Shown here in pieces: positions 26,551 to 39,920 of a DNA stretch of 64,000 bases (position 1 is its first letter; each line of letters opens with the position of its first letter). The DNA is taken from the NCBI GenBank assembly GCA_051313645.2, contig JBNRSN020000024.1, positions 66,154,001 to 66,218,000 of the forward strand, given 5' to 3'. This DNA comes from Centroscyllium fabricii (taxonomy: Eukaryota). Below the pieces are notes generated by a model. It did not search any database and was not told the DNA's origin. It saw nothing but the letters and a program-made list of their open reading frames with translations. Both the position numbers and the translations under genes were made by a program.

Positions 26551-27965
26551 GAAATAACAACAGAAAACGCTGGAAAAACTCAGCAGGCCAGGCAACATCC
26601 GCGGAGAGAGAAATAGAGTCAACTTACAACTCGAAGACCCTTCATCAGAACTGAGAAAAAAGGCAGGAAATTAAGAGATTAAAAGGCCAGTTTTGGGGGT
26701 TGGGAAATGGGGGAGGAGATGAAAGACCAAAAGGGAAGTGAAGAGACATTAAGAGGTATTCAAGACGAGACAAGATGGTTATAGGACAAGTTAAGAGACA
26801 AAAGATGGCTCTAGATGAAGTGTGAAATGCACTGGCAGAGAAAAAAAAGGGGTAAAAGGCGCAAACCAAAGGTGTGGATAAAAAATATATAAAAATGTAA
26901 TGGGGGCCGAGGTTATGATCTGAAATTGTTGAACTCAATATTGAGTCCGGAGGGCTGTAAAGTGCCTAATCGGAAGATGAGGTGCTGTTCTTCGAGTTTA
27001 CGCTTACGCAGAGCTTTCGTGGAACAATGCAAGAGCCCAAGGACAGAACGGTCTGAGTGGGAGTGGGGCGGTGAATTAAAGTGACAGGCGACCGGAAGCT
27101 CAGGGTCACCTTCTGGACTGAACGGAGGTGTTCCGCAAAGCGGTCACCCAATCTGCGTTTGGACCACATCGTGAGCAGTGAATACAGTATACTAGATTGC
27201 AAGTACAATTAAATCGCTGTTTCACCTGGAAGGGGTGTTTGTGGCCCTGGACAGAGGGAAGGGGGGAGGTATACGGGCAAGTGTTGCATCTCCTGCGCTT
27301 GCACAGGCAGGTGCCAGGTGAAGGGGAAGGGGTGCTGGGGGTGATAGAGGAGTGGACTAGGGTGTCTCGGAGGGAGCGGTCCCTACGGAATGCTGAAAGG
27401 TGAGGTGAGGGGAAGATGCGTTTGGTGTTGGGATCACGTTGGAGGTGGCGGAAATGGCGGAGGATGATCCGTTGAATGTGGAGGCTGGTGGGGTGAAAGG
27501 TGAGGACAAGGGGAACCCTATCGTGGTTCCGGGAGGGAGGGGCAGGGGTGAGGGCAGAAGTGCGGGAGATAGAACGGACACGGTCAAGGGCCGTGTCAAC
27601 CACGGTAGAGGGGAATCCTCGGTTGAGGAAAAAGGAAGTCATGTTGGAAGCACTGCTGTGGAAGGTGGCATCGTCGGAGCAGATGCGGCTGAGATGGAGA
27701 AACTGGAAGAATGGAATAGAGTCCTTACAGGAGGCGGGGTGGGAGCAAGTGTAGTCCAGGTAGCTGTGGGAGTCAGTGGGCTTGTAGTGAATGTTGGTCA
27801 ATAACCTATCCCCAGAGATGGAGACGGAGAAGTCGAGGAAGGGAAGGAAAGAATCGGAGATGGACCATATGAAGGTGAGGGAAAGGTGGAAATTGGAGGC
27901 AAAGTGAATTAAATTGTCTAGTTCAGGGCGAGAGCAGGAAACGGCACAGATAGTCATCAATATAC
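26551..27965 (-). mobile_element. Penelope-like element, 5'-truncated (RT thumb, GIY-YIG remnant, pLTR)
   Basis: LPFLD, YKPTDSHSYLDY, CKRRRCNTC, NLVYCI.C..C, RLGDRFAEH; pLTR with CTGATGAAGGGTC. Confidence 0.9.
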
Positions 27966-29260
27966 CAATGAGAGAGAGAGATGTCAGGAAGTGATAGAGT
28001 ACCAGCACCTAAACATCTGCTATGTTCAGGAGAATGTCAGGATAATAAACATTTCAATTTATCTAAACATGATCATCAATGGTCATGGAAAGGTAAGAAA
28101 CTGAACTGTTTGAATGCATAGTTTGCGCCACAGCATTAAGAAAATGCACCGAGTATTAGAGCAAGACATATACAGATCTACTTTTTCACTTTTTTTTGTT
28201 AACTATGAAAACAGCATGACCTGCATACAAGTTGCTTTTTTTTCCCCTGGAGAAGGACGGAGGTAGTGAGTGAGTGGAATTGATGACACAGATGGAAAAA
28301 TACAAAAAAAATCAAGTAATTGGGTGGGGTGGGGAAACCAAATGTTCTCTGTACAACCATCATCTTAGTTGAATTAAAGGCTTAAAGAATTTGTTGGAAA
28401 ACATTTTGTATTTCTTTTTTAAAAATCAAAGTTACATTTGAACTAAATAAAATATGGTAAGCTTGGTGATGTAGCCATGAACAACACTGGTTAGGAAGGT
28501 CCCAACTTCAATGCTTTGTGTTTGCCAAGTTAGCTCATCTCAGCCAGGGCCATGGCCCACAGAAACACACCAACTCCTGCTGAAAAGTTAGGTGTGGGCA
28601 ATGGGTGAGCACCCCAGCTGTGATGCCACGCCCAATGGTTGAATAGCTCATTAACATTCAAGTTTCAGTTTTCTTATTGGCAGTATTAAAACGTTGACAG
28701 GAACCCATTTATGTTTGATGCATTAGCATTGCTGTTAAAACATCAAAGCAGAAAAGCTGAGCTTGAAAAGTTGAGGGTTGAATGGGTAGAATCATCATTT
28801 GGTTGAGTAACTAGAGGGGGGTCTATGACCTTGGAACGGTGACCCTAATAAAAGTCAGCATGTTTCGGAAAGGAGGGGAGAATAATAATGAAACTGGAAA
28901 AAGTTACAAAATACTTCAACCAACATACAAAATGGGTTTCCTTGTGTAACTTTAATCTAATGCTCAGACAATACTGGACTATACTGAATTCAGTTTGTAA
29001 ATACAAGATATTTGGACATTCTTGTTAAACTGCGTATTTATGGAAATACCAAGTTAAGAAAAATTCATTTGAGACACCATTAATGAGTACCTAGTGAATG
29101 GTAGCAGCCTTTGCTGTGCTCTGTTTAGATTTGTAGTATTTGGAAAAAAATGAGTCGATTAATGTATTCATTTCTTGAATAATGTCAAATATTACACAGA
29201 ATATTTTGCGATCTGTATTTGAATGGATGAACTTACAAGCAGAGAATGGAAATTTTTTAC

Positions 29261-29306
29261 CTTCTAGGAGATCTGAAGCTGACCCTAAACAGTACTCCAT
29301 GACCAG
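29261..29306 (-). CDS. TAOK1: TAO kinase coding exon 4 (LVMEYCLGSASDLLE)
   Basis: 46 bp; hinge region; CAG/GT boundaries. Confidence 0.95.
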
Positions 29307-29845
29307 CTGCAAAAGAGGAAAACAGCTGATAAAACTGTACGCAAGCATAATCTTTGCATATCTACTGGTCTCATATTAGAAAGAGAATGGGGCCACCACA
29401 GCTATAATTATACGGCAAAGAGTGTACACTCGATACATGTTTGATAAAATGGAAGTGCACCTTTATTTCCAACCATCGAAAACCACCATGTTTAAGACTC
29501 ATCAGATGGGTATGTAATTTACAAACAAAGGAGTTTCATCTTGATCATTATAAAACAAATAGGCTAAGCAGATATGTGCATAAAGAGTTACTATTGTATT
29601 GTTAACCATTTGAAAACCAAGTTCTCCCTTCTGAACAAGTAGGACAAGTACCTGCATCATAATTGCAGCTTTCAGATTTCAAAGCCTGTTTAAATGGGGA
29701 GATTTTTTTTTCATGGCTCCAAGACTTGAGGACGGAAACATATTTCTGGATAAAATTACTAAGGGGCTCTTAAATACTTCATTAACAATATGCATAGTGG
29801 TATGCAGTCAGTTCTAATTATTAGTAAACAAATTAGATTTCTTAC

Positions 29846-29947
29846 CCATGCTGTATGTTCCCGTAGATAGCAACCTTTGTATTCAATACTATTTGGATGT
29901 CTTAGCTTCTGTAGAAATTTGACTTCTTTGATAATATCCTGCCATTT
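29846..29947 (-). CDS. TAOK1: TAO kinase coding exon 3 ([34 protein letters not shown])
   Basis: 102 bp; CAG/GTAAG boundaries. Confidence 0.97.
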
Positions 29948-30496
29948 CTGTAAGAAATGTTTATAGTAGTTTATAAAAATTTAACAGATCTTTGAACTTA
30001 GAAAAACACATGCCCATCATTATTAAAGAGTAAATCGGACAGCAACTTCCGGCGACCGCATATCCGCAGTTAAAACATGGAAATCAGGACGTTGCTGTCC
30101 AAGTTGCCCTGCTCCTCCAGAAGCTTCGCTATACCGGTATCTCGCCCAGAGACTCGACACTGAAACACATGCAGGGCATGAAGTTGCTGTACTTACCCAC
30201 TGGATACCCACTAAACTTGCCACACTTGTCCATTGATACCCACTAAAGTTAGGACTTATCCATTTTCGTGTAAGTGGATTTTTAACAGCGTGCTAAGTCT
30301 TAATTACTGCTAAACAACCTCTCTGGGCACTGAAAATTAGCTTTTACAAGTGTGGAGTCTCACTCATTCAGATTTAAAGTATTGCTGGAGATTTTTTATT
30401 AATTAAATATTTTTTTCTTTTTTCTTTCCGTCTCTTATCTCTCTCTCTCTCTCTTATTCTCATGTTTCTTTCCATCTCTTTATTTCGCTTTCTGTA

Positions 30497-31376
30497 CAGG
30501 TTGAGCACCGTTAATCGGGCACAGGCGGGACCAGGCCCGTGCCGGGAAATGGAAAAAACCGGGAGAACGAGTTTGGACACTGCGCATGCGCGCAACTTTG
30601 ATATTGGCTGGCGCGCGCATGCGCAGATCGTCCAATATTGGCCGCCGCGAAGTTTTTTGATGGGCTCAGGCTTTTGTGGCGTTCCGTTTAGGTTTTAGGA
30701 CTGTCGGGCAGCAGTGAAAGGCCGGTCTTGCGGGGGGAGGCAGGAGGGTGGCGCGGGTCGGGGGCGGGGAAGGAGGGTGGTGCGGGTCGGGGGGGGGGGG
30801 GAAGGAGGAAGGCGCGGGTCGGGTCGGGGGGGGGGGGAAAAGGAGGGTGGCGCGGGTCAGCGGGGGGGCAATTTATCCAATCCCCTGTTTTGCTTTCAAT
30901 TGTAAGAGGTCACACGGCGCCAGGCTGTGGTCCAACGGTTTTAGTTGGGGTCACGGGCTTTCGGAGCGCCGCTTCCCCGTCAGGTGATGGGGGAGCGGCG
31001 CTCCGAAGGCCCGTGATTTCGAGTGGGACTTTTGGACTACAGCCTGGTGCTGTGTGGCTTCTTACAATTGTCCATCCCAGTCCAACACCAGCACCTCCAC
31101 ATCATGGCTTCAATTACAGTTATCGATAAAATAACCGGCGGCCGTATTGAATTATCTGCGCATGCGCTAACCTTCCGGCGACGCATGCGCAGATCATTCA
31201 AAACACCCGCAGCTGTTTTGAATGATCTGCGCATGCGCTCGGCGCATGCGCAGATCATTCGTTGAAGCCACGATGGCGGCTGCCATTTTGCGCACGCGCA
31301 GTGCAGTCGGGGCAATTTGTGCTGGCAGACTGAAGCTGCCGGCTATTCGGTTACCGGATTAACGGTGCTCAACCTG
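30497..31376. mobile_element. Tigger/pogo-type MITE carrying a G-rich repeat (30731-30870) and a nested PLE hairpin
   Basis: TIR CAGGTTGAGCACCGTTAATC; TA TSD. Confidence 0.9.
30898..31107 (+). mobile_element. Palindromic mini-PLE (family 1), A-to-G hypermutated copy
   Basis: Aligns end to end with the 41953-42173 and 54298-54625 copies; short TSD TTCAATT. Confidence 0.85.
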
Positions 31377-32099
31377 TACTTGATTTGCCATTGAATTAAA
31401 TATTCTAACTTATACTTCCTGGTTTAGCCTCTGTGCTGCTCAATATGAATTCTTCAATCTGATTGGGTAAGGAGCTGCACAGTCACTTGGCTGTTCACAA
31501 AGGTCCAGATTCCCTAAAGAGGGTGCCGCGCTGAAATGGATTTCTAATTACTGCAAGTTCCAGTGTAAAAGCTCAATAAAAGTCTGTGGTCCAGTGTAAG
31601 CATAATGAACTCGCCGCTGACTGCAAAATCCAGACCAAAGACAATGGGACATAATTTGCGCATGCGCTAAACCCCGAAACTTGCAATCTGTCAATAACCT
31701 TCTTGACAGATTGCACTCATCCCCAGAACGGCCTCTGCGGGCGGAGTGTTGCGCTATTTGCACAACTTCTGCCCAGCGAATGCCCGTGAAATTCTTACGC
31801 CTGGTAGAGTTTTGAAAAACATAAAAATAAAATGTTTTCATTTAAACATTAAAACACATGTACAATAAGGTAAGTTTATTTTTAGACCATTTAAAATATG
31901 TAAATTAATTTTTGAAAAAAATAAATGTTTTCAATTTTTAATTATTTATTGTATTTTAATAGGGATGGGCACTAAATGCAGGCCTAGCCAGCCAGCGACG
32001 CCCACGTCCCACCAATGAATAATAAATAAAAAAAAATAATGATAAATATGTAATTTTTTTGTTATGTTAATTCTATTTTTAATGTCATCCACATTCATA

Positions 32100-33285
32100 C
32101 TTGCTGGGACCCCAACTCTTTACAATCTATATTAATGATTTGGAGGAAGGGACCAAGTGCAACATATCAAAGTTTGCGGATGACACAAAGATGGGAGGGA
32201 GTGTGATGAGTGAGGGGGACATTAAAAACCTGCAAAAGGACATAGATAGGCTAAGTAAGTGGGCAGAGATTTGGCAGATGGAATATAATACTGGAAAGTG
32301 TGAAGTTATGCACTTTGGCAGGAAAAATAACAGAGTGAGTTATTATCTAAATGGAAAGAAACTGGAAAGTACTTCAGTGCAAAGGGATCTGGGGGTCCTG
32401 GTGCAGGAAACACAAAAAAAGTTAATATGCAGGTGCAGCAGGTGGTCAGGAAGGCCAACGGAATGTTGGCTTTTATTGCTAAGGGGATGGAGTATAAAAG
32501 CAGGGAGGTCTTGCTGCAGTTGTCCAGGGTATTGGTGAGACCACACCTGGAGCACTGCGTGCAGTTCTGGTATCCATATTTAAGAAAGGACATACTTGCT
32601 CTCAAGGCAGTGCAAAGAAGGTTCACTAGGTTAATTCCGGAGATGAGGGGGCTGACATATGACAAGAGGTTGAGTAGATTGGGCCTCTACTCATTGGAGT
32701 TCAGAAGAATGAGAGGCGATCTTATTGAAACATACAAGATTGTGAGAGGGCTTGATCGAGTGGATGCGGTGAGGATGTTCCCAATGGTGGGTGAAACTAG
32801 GACTCGGGGGCATAATCTTAAAATAAGGGGCTGCCATTTCAAAACTGAGATGAGGAGAAACTTCTTCACTCAGAGGGTGGTGGGGCTGTGGAATTTGCTG
32901 CCCCAGAGAGCTGTGGAAGCTACTACATTGAATAAATTTAAAACAGAGATAGACAGTTTCCTGGAAGTAAAGGGAATTAGGGGTTATGGTGAGTGGGCAG
33001 GTAAGTGGACGTGAGACTAGGTTCAGATCGGCCATGTGATCTCCTGGACCAGTTTTCGATCGCCTAGATGGGTCGGAGAGGAATTTCCCAGATTTTTTCT
33101 CCCAAATTGGCCACTGGGTTTATCTATCTGGTTTTACTCCTCTCCCGGGTGATCACATGGGTTTGGGCGGGATGGAGAGTAAAAATAAAATTGTTAGGAT
33201 CAGATCAGCCATGATCTTGTTGAATGGCGGAGTGGGCTCGAGGGGCCGATTGGCCGACTCCTGCTCCTATTTCTTATGTTCTTAT
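32100..33285 (+). mobile_element. CR1 3' part with an extra 3' UTR module
   Basis: RT ORFs 32101-32538 and 32427-33014 separated by a frameshift; tail at 33200-33285. Confidence 0.92.
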
Positions 33286-33544
33286 GGAAGTTCTGTTTAA
33301 ACAGAACTTCCATAAGTATGAATGGGGTTCCCCCTTCTTTGATTGGTTGGGCCGGCCCACGTGATCCTAGGGATGCTTGTGAACCGCATGCCTCCCTGGG
33401 ATACGTGGGCCTCTACTCAGGCCTACGTGTAGAGGCCCAGGAGCGCAAGTGTCTGAACTGCCGAGACTATCAGGTAAGTTTGTAGATTTTTTACTGGTCA
33501 GAGGCATCTGGCCGTCGGAAGCCTCCAACCGCAAATTCAGCTCC

Positions 33545-34340
33545 CATATCTTAACCTTGTTTTGTTTAAATCCGTCCTCAGCCTTAACCCTCCCATACCT
33601 AACAATGACCCCTCTCCTCCCAAACCCACCTCTTTGACCAAACTTTGATCATCCCTCCTAATCTTTGGTTCAATGTCCATTCTTTCCTCATGACGTTGTT
33701 GATGGCACCGTGAGATGTTTTCTATGTTAAAGGGGTGATATAAATGGAAGTTGTTATTGAACAGAATGCAAGATTTCAAATGGACTGGTTGAGCCTGAGC
33801 AAGTAGCCAGGGAGAAGGATAGAGTTTATGGAAGAGCCAATAATAGTTTCAGTCCTCCCGATGACTCATCCATGACTTAATGTCTGCTTGTTTGACCGAA
33901 CAGAGGTAATTGTGGGTTTGAGGGAAGTGATGGAGAGAGCTCGGTGTCATCAACATACAGAATGAAGCAGACCATCATCCGCAGATTATGTCATTAAGAG
34001 GCAGCATGTTGATGAAGAGCAAGAAGTCGAGACCTTGGCGGACAATGGAGGTGTCTGCGGGATGGGAAGAGAAGCCATTTCTGGAAATATGCTGCACAAG
34101 TAGGAGGGGATTGACGAAGCTGGACAATAGAGGAGGTGATGGAGGAGGACAGCGTGGTCAACTGTATGCGGAGAGATTGAGGAGTACAAAGGATAATAAC
34201 ACACTCCATTCAAAGTCACAACCGATTTCATCTCTGACTTTTTCCAGCGAAGGCTTGGTGCTGTGAGAAGGATGGAAGCTGTACTGAAGGTGATCCCAAC
34301 AGGGAGCTTTGGAGAGATGGGCACGGGGTTGGGCAAGACT
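33545..34340 (-). mobile_element. Old L2 fragments
   Basis: TVDH.VLL RT remnant; L2-type tail near 33730-33765. Confidence 0.5.
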
Positions 34341-34521
34341 CAGTATTAAGTCTGACTTTCCACCTCAAACACATCAGGATTCCAAATATAGATTTTTAAA
34401 CTGGCAGTTTGGGAAGGAATGGAAGTGAGCAGACTGTTCCGTCACTGGTACTAAGTACTAAGGTCACACACCAGAACTGATGTAATTTTATATTCTTGCA
34501 GTATTAGTATACAGTAAAAAA

Positions 34522-34830
34522 AACTTGCATTATTATAGTGCCTTTCATGACCTCAGGATGTCCCAATGTGCTTTGCATCCAATTAAGTACTTTTGAACTG
34601 TTGTAATGCAGGAAACACAGGGGGTGAATATTGGCCAGGGCACCGGGGAGTACTCCCTGCTCTTCTTCGAAATAGTGCCATGAGATCTTTTATATCCACC
34701 TGACAGCAGGCATCCGAAAGACAGCACCTTCAATAGTGTAGCATTTCCTCAGTACTGCACTGGGAGTGTCAGTCTAGATTATGTGCTCAAGTCTCAGGAA
34801 TGGGACTTGAACCCACAATCTACTGACTAA
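34522..34830 (-). mobile_element. DeuSINE (SacSINE1-like)
   Basis: Reverse complement of the Deu-domain and L2-like tail. Confidence 0.7.
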
Positions 34831-35694
34831 GAGTGTGCTACCAACAGTATGCTAAGGGACCCCATGGCATTGTTCACAGATGCTGACCAAGAGCAGAGCC
34901 ATAGGTCTCTGGCAAATAAGCTGGCCATTTTTAATAACCAGCTGAAACAGGCAACTGAAGGGCTGGTATTTTAGAGGGCATTGAGGATGCACACTCCCAG
35001 AGGCCTGAAGCTATGCACGCGAGCGTGAGCAAAGGCACTTCTATTTTTCTACTACAAAACCGATGCTTGGCCTTCCACACAAGTTTAGCAAAGCAAGGTT
35101 TAGGAAGACTCAAAACTCAAGTTCAAAGTCTTGAAGACAAGATAGGCCTCTGACAGCAAAACCTATTGGATAGATTTCCAAGAGACCATGAACAATTTTA
35201 CGAGTAAGCCTAAAGATTTTTTTGGTGTATTTTTAAAGTTTATATATGCTGGTGATGTAACAAATATTTTTAGTACTATGTGATGGCTGAAAAGATTTTC
35301 AGAAATTACTAGGGTGTGCTTTGATTGGTTTCCCCTCCTTGCCAATTGTTTCATTAGTAGCTGTTTGCTGTGTTTTGTATATACTTTTTACACTAGCTTG
35401 CTCCTTGTTCATTACCAATCTACTTATTCAGTTGTGGATTGTTGCTTTTGTCTAAATATGATATTTTTACCAATTAGGTTCAAATGTTGCATAAATTTTT
35501 AAGGTGTAACCGAATATGCAAAACATTTCAGTGTGATGGACCAATGCTAGATACAAGGCTTTTAATAATATAGATAGTTAACAGACTGTATCCAGTATGC
35601 AAGTTTAACTCCTGCTGATGCCATTTCAAAGCTGGTAGACAAAAATGTTATCTCCTACTTTATTTAGAGTGAAAGAAACTTCAAATAAAGTATA

Positions 35695-35972
35695 TGTCCC
35701 GTGTCTGCGTGGGTTTCCTCCGGGTGCTCCGGTTTCCTCCCACAGTCCAAAGATGTGCGGGTTAGGTTGATTGGCCATGATAAATTGACCCTTAGTGTTA
35801 GGGGGATTGAATATGTGGGGTTACGGGGATAGGGTGGGATATGTGTCAGTGCAGGCTCGAGAGGGATATGGGGACAAGGCAGGGATAGGGTATTGGGTTT
35901 GGATGATCAGCCATGATCTCATTGAATGGCGGCGCAGGCTCGAAGGGCCTACTCCTGCTCCTAGTTTCTATA
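35695..35972 (+). mobile_element. HE1-type V-SINE, 5'-truncated
   Basis: V-domain CCCGTGTCTGCGTGGGTTTCCTCCGGGTGCTCCGG and CR1 tail. Confidence 0.88.
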
Positions 35973-35997
35973 TAAGGTTCCCCCTCCCATATTTATA

Positions 35998-36550
35998 CAG
36001 GTTGAGCACCGTTACACCGGCACGGGCAGGACTAGGCCCACGCCGGTAGAGCGAAAAAACCAGTAGAATGAAGCCGGCCAGTGCTCATGCGCGCACCATT
36101 CAAAATGGCTGCGCGCATGCGCACAACGTTGGAAATGGCCGCTGAACGTCCTTGCTGAGTCTCAGCTGCGGTTTGTGCCTCCTGATGACGGCCTGCAGGC
36201 TGCTCCGGGGAACCGCGCGTTTCACCATGGCGGGCGCTTGGGGCCCGCACATTTAAAACGCGGCGCAAGCCGGCGCGCCCTGACGTCACGGAAGATCCGG
36301 CTTGTCCGGCGGCCGTTTTGAACGATCTGCGCAAGCGCTCGCTGTTCGGCGGCGCATGCGCAGATCATGCAAAACATCCGGCAGCCATTTTGAATGATCT
36401 GCGCATGCGCTCGCCGTTCGGCGGCGCATGCGCAGACCATTCGCCAAAGCATAGATCGCGGCTGCCATTTTGCGCATGCGCAGGGTAGCCGGGGTGATTT
36501 ATACCGGACGACTGAAGTTGCCGGCGTTTCGGGTAACGGAGCTCAACCTG
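35998..36550. mobile_element. Tigger/pogo-type MITE
   Basis: TIR CAGGTTGAGC.CCGTTAC; TA left, CA right. Confidence 0.85.
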
Positions 36551-37236
36551 CAATAGTCCAACCTAAATTGCTTTTCAAGCCACATCACAACTTGTAAATA
36601 AATAGTATAATACTGCTGCTGCATTGCCTTGGAGGCCATGCTTGCAGTTGAGGCGACCTATAAGATAAATGAGGTAGGACAAGAATTTCACTCAACCCCT
36701 CCTTCAAGATACTGTTTTTCTGAACATCGCTCTTTAATATTTAATGATAATTTCCAAAGATTCGCAGAGCTGTTAATTAGAACAACTAGATTTAGGTAGC
36801 AACACTTGTAGTGACACTGGAATCGAAAATCACAGAAGTCAGCATGTGTGAATTGCAAGCAAGATCGTTTTCACTTCAGCATCATCAACAGCATGTTGAT
36901 GTTACTGGCGCATAACCATCAAATCTATTGTCTGGTCATGTGCAATAATTTGGCACGAATTGTGAATTCTGATGCAAGGGTTGTAAACTCAAAGGATATC
37001 ACAGTAATCCGGCAAAGAATCCTGGTATTGTAATTGAAAACACAGCTATCCCAGATGTACAGAGTTTTGTTCATCAGTTGCACTCAAACAACAATGGATC
37101 CCTTTGGCGTAGATCGGTATTACTAGTTATTCAAAAGCAAAAATCAACACTACCTTTGAGTGACAGTTAACTACTACAAAACATTTCAATCGAAAAATAT
37201 TTAAATTGAACTCCTGTAATATTTAAGGATCTGGTA

Positions 37237-37792
37237 CAGGTTGAGCACCGTTAATCCGTTACCCGAAAAACTGGCGGCTTCAGTCGTCCGGCATAGATTT
37301 TCCCGACTGCCCGGCGCATGCGCAGACCATTCAAAATGGCCACCGTCGGGGTTGCACTTCCCTTTCACCTAACAGATACGCACTGGATCCCGGCTTAGTG
37401 ACCACCCCGATGCCTATTGTGAATCCCAGGCCCAGAAGATGAGCTGTTGTGCCAACCGCCTTTCACAGGACGCGGTACAGGTAATGCTCGGGTCGGCTCT
37501 TTCATCGCTGCCGGAGGCTCCTGCCTGGCTGCGTGCTGACGTCACCGCGCTCCGAAGCTGGCGTGCGGTGGCGTCAGAATCGAGTGCGTCTTTTTCAGCG
37601 AGTTCCACCCAACCCTTGGGCCGAAACTCACCTTCCAGGTACTGGCGAGCGCATGCGCAGAGCATTCAAAATTTTGCGGCAACCATTTTGAATGCTCTGC
37701 GCATGCGCCGCCGAAGCTTTAATCATTCGGCGTTTTCAAAAATTCGGTAGGGTGCTGGTCCCGACCCTGCCGGATTAACGGTGTTCAACCTG
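37237..37792. mobile_element. Tigger/pogo-type MITE (same interior as 45684-46425)
   Basis: TIRs and TA TSD. Confidence 0.9.
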
Positions 37793-39920
37793 TACTTTAT
37801 TTTAGATATGCAGGACCGGGAGAAGTTTCTCACTTGAGAGGTCTGTATACTATAGCTATGTCTTAATATTTTTCAGCAAGACTACAGTTTAACATGCGAG
37901 AGTCATGTGTTTACATTACTCATTTCAAGGAAGCTTTGATTGGTGTCCACAACAATCACAGAAGCAGTCAGTTTAGAAAAAAAAAAAAATTGTCTTAATG
38001 ATTGTCATGAAATGTGCTCAATCCAAGGTTAATAGGATGATTCTAGAGCAAAGCCAATTATGGACACTTTCTGCTTGTGATCTGATTTTTGGCTTGAAAA
38101 TAGAAATAATAGCATGCTACAATTCATTTGCCACATTCCTTCCACAGGGGTTATGAAATCTACATTACACGCTAATTGTACTTAGATTTTTCTCGGCACT
38201 ACCCTGCCCTTCGTTAATATAGTAATTTTAATCCTTTCTGCATCCTTGAGAAGAAAACTTTTCTTATGGTTCTGCATCAATGTTTACAGCAGAGCTATCG
38301 GATTGTAAAATTCTAACCCCTGGTTGAAAACCTGCTCCAAAGGCCAGTTAAGTTTTTAAATCCAAAGTTGGTCCCCATCTGCAAAGTGGGTGCAGATACC
38401 TAGTAAGCATAAGAAGGGTAAGTAACATGAACTTTTAAAAATAAGCTATAAGGCAACATTAGGAAAAAATAATAGTTAAAATAATAAAGCAGTAGGCATA
38501 AGTATGGGTAAGGCAAGAATTGCAGAAGCAGAAATGTTTGAGAATTATTTTCGTTGTTTAAGTTTAATGACAATAATAAAGCTCTTCCTGACATCTCAGT
38601 TTGCAGCTCAAATGTAATTTGATCGCTTTAGTGTCATGTGTGTACGAACTGAAAGATAACCAGTTGATTGTCTGGAATCTCCCAAAACTGTCAGCAGTTT
38701 AACCATTAAAAAAAGAGGAAGATTTCCTAACACGGGTCTTTTCAGAAAATTCGCACTGGACTGTAAAATGGCAGGGCGAACATCGTAAGACAACCACAGC
38801 TGCACATCCTTTTAATTTGAAAAACTTTCTCAGTGCTGTCTGAGGATTAATAGATAAGAAACATTTCTAAATATTCATAGATGCCAAGAATGAATATGCC
38901 CTAGCCTTTGACCATGCATTCTCTACTTAAACATTGCCTACGGCAATCATTTTTCATTTTGTATCAACACATGTCCCATTGCTCCTGACAAGTCAGAGGG
39001 TAGGCTGCTTTATAACAATATGGGTGTTAATACCGTGTAGAGCATAGTATCAGAGCAGTTGATTTACAATGACTGAACAAGTAAAATAACATTTTTATTA
39101 AATAATATTTTACGAGGCTCTGGGGACTGAACCAAATAATCTGGCCATTATTTGATTTTTTTTTTAAACTTAAATACCTATATAAAGTTTTTGAAATTTG
39201 TCCTCTAGCTTTTCTTCAAATAATGTTGAAGAAGCATCCAAATAAAATTTGTTGGGAGATAGAGAAAAATGTTCTATTTGGGTTTCTTAAATGCTACTAC
39301 TGCATTCTGGGAAATTGTGCACACAACATATGCTCGATCTGCCGTCATCTGCAGTCACGACACTGGATAAAAATATGGGCCCAGAATTTGCGGTCAGCGG
39401 CGAAGTTGTAGACAGGGAGTGCACACCATGTGCAAGATTTTTCATATCTCGATATATGTTTAAATATAAAAACATTTGCACATAGCACTGATTATACGCC
39501 AATGATCACCGAGGGGTTGGGGGTGGGAAGATAGTAGTAGGTATCTTGGCTATTAATGCTACACTGCCATGCTCCAAGCACGGTTAACAATACTTTGGTT
39601 GATTTAATTAATCATGATGTAAATCTTAGTACAGGTATATTTATTATTCCATGTCTAACAATTCAGCTAAAAATCTTGAGAATAGCGAGCTATTGGAAAA
39701 CCTTCAGCAAAGTTCTGAAGTCACATTCCTCCATTAACTTTGAAAACATTTTCCCCAAACAACTGCAAAGTATTAACTTGAATTAAAATAAAATATATAT
39801 ATAGTGATGTACATTTTTGCTTTCACAAGAAGCTGAACTAGTTCAAGTCAACTCGAAGATTGGTCAGTGTGAGCAAATTTTCTATCCAAAAAGTTGTAAA
39901 AAATTGATTCCTTTTGTTTT

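Noticed and set aside
30731-30870. G-run repeat (GGAGGGTGGCGCGGGTCGGGG) as a functional G-quadruplex
   Set aside because: Low-complexity MITE interior with no supporting evidence; homopolymer lengths may be unreliable.
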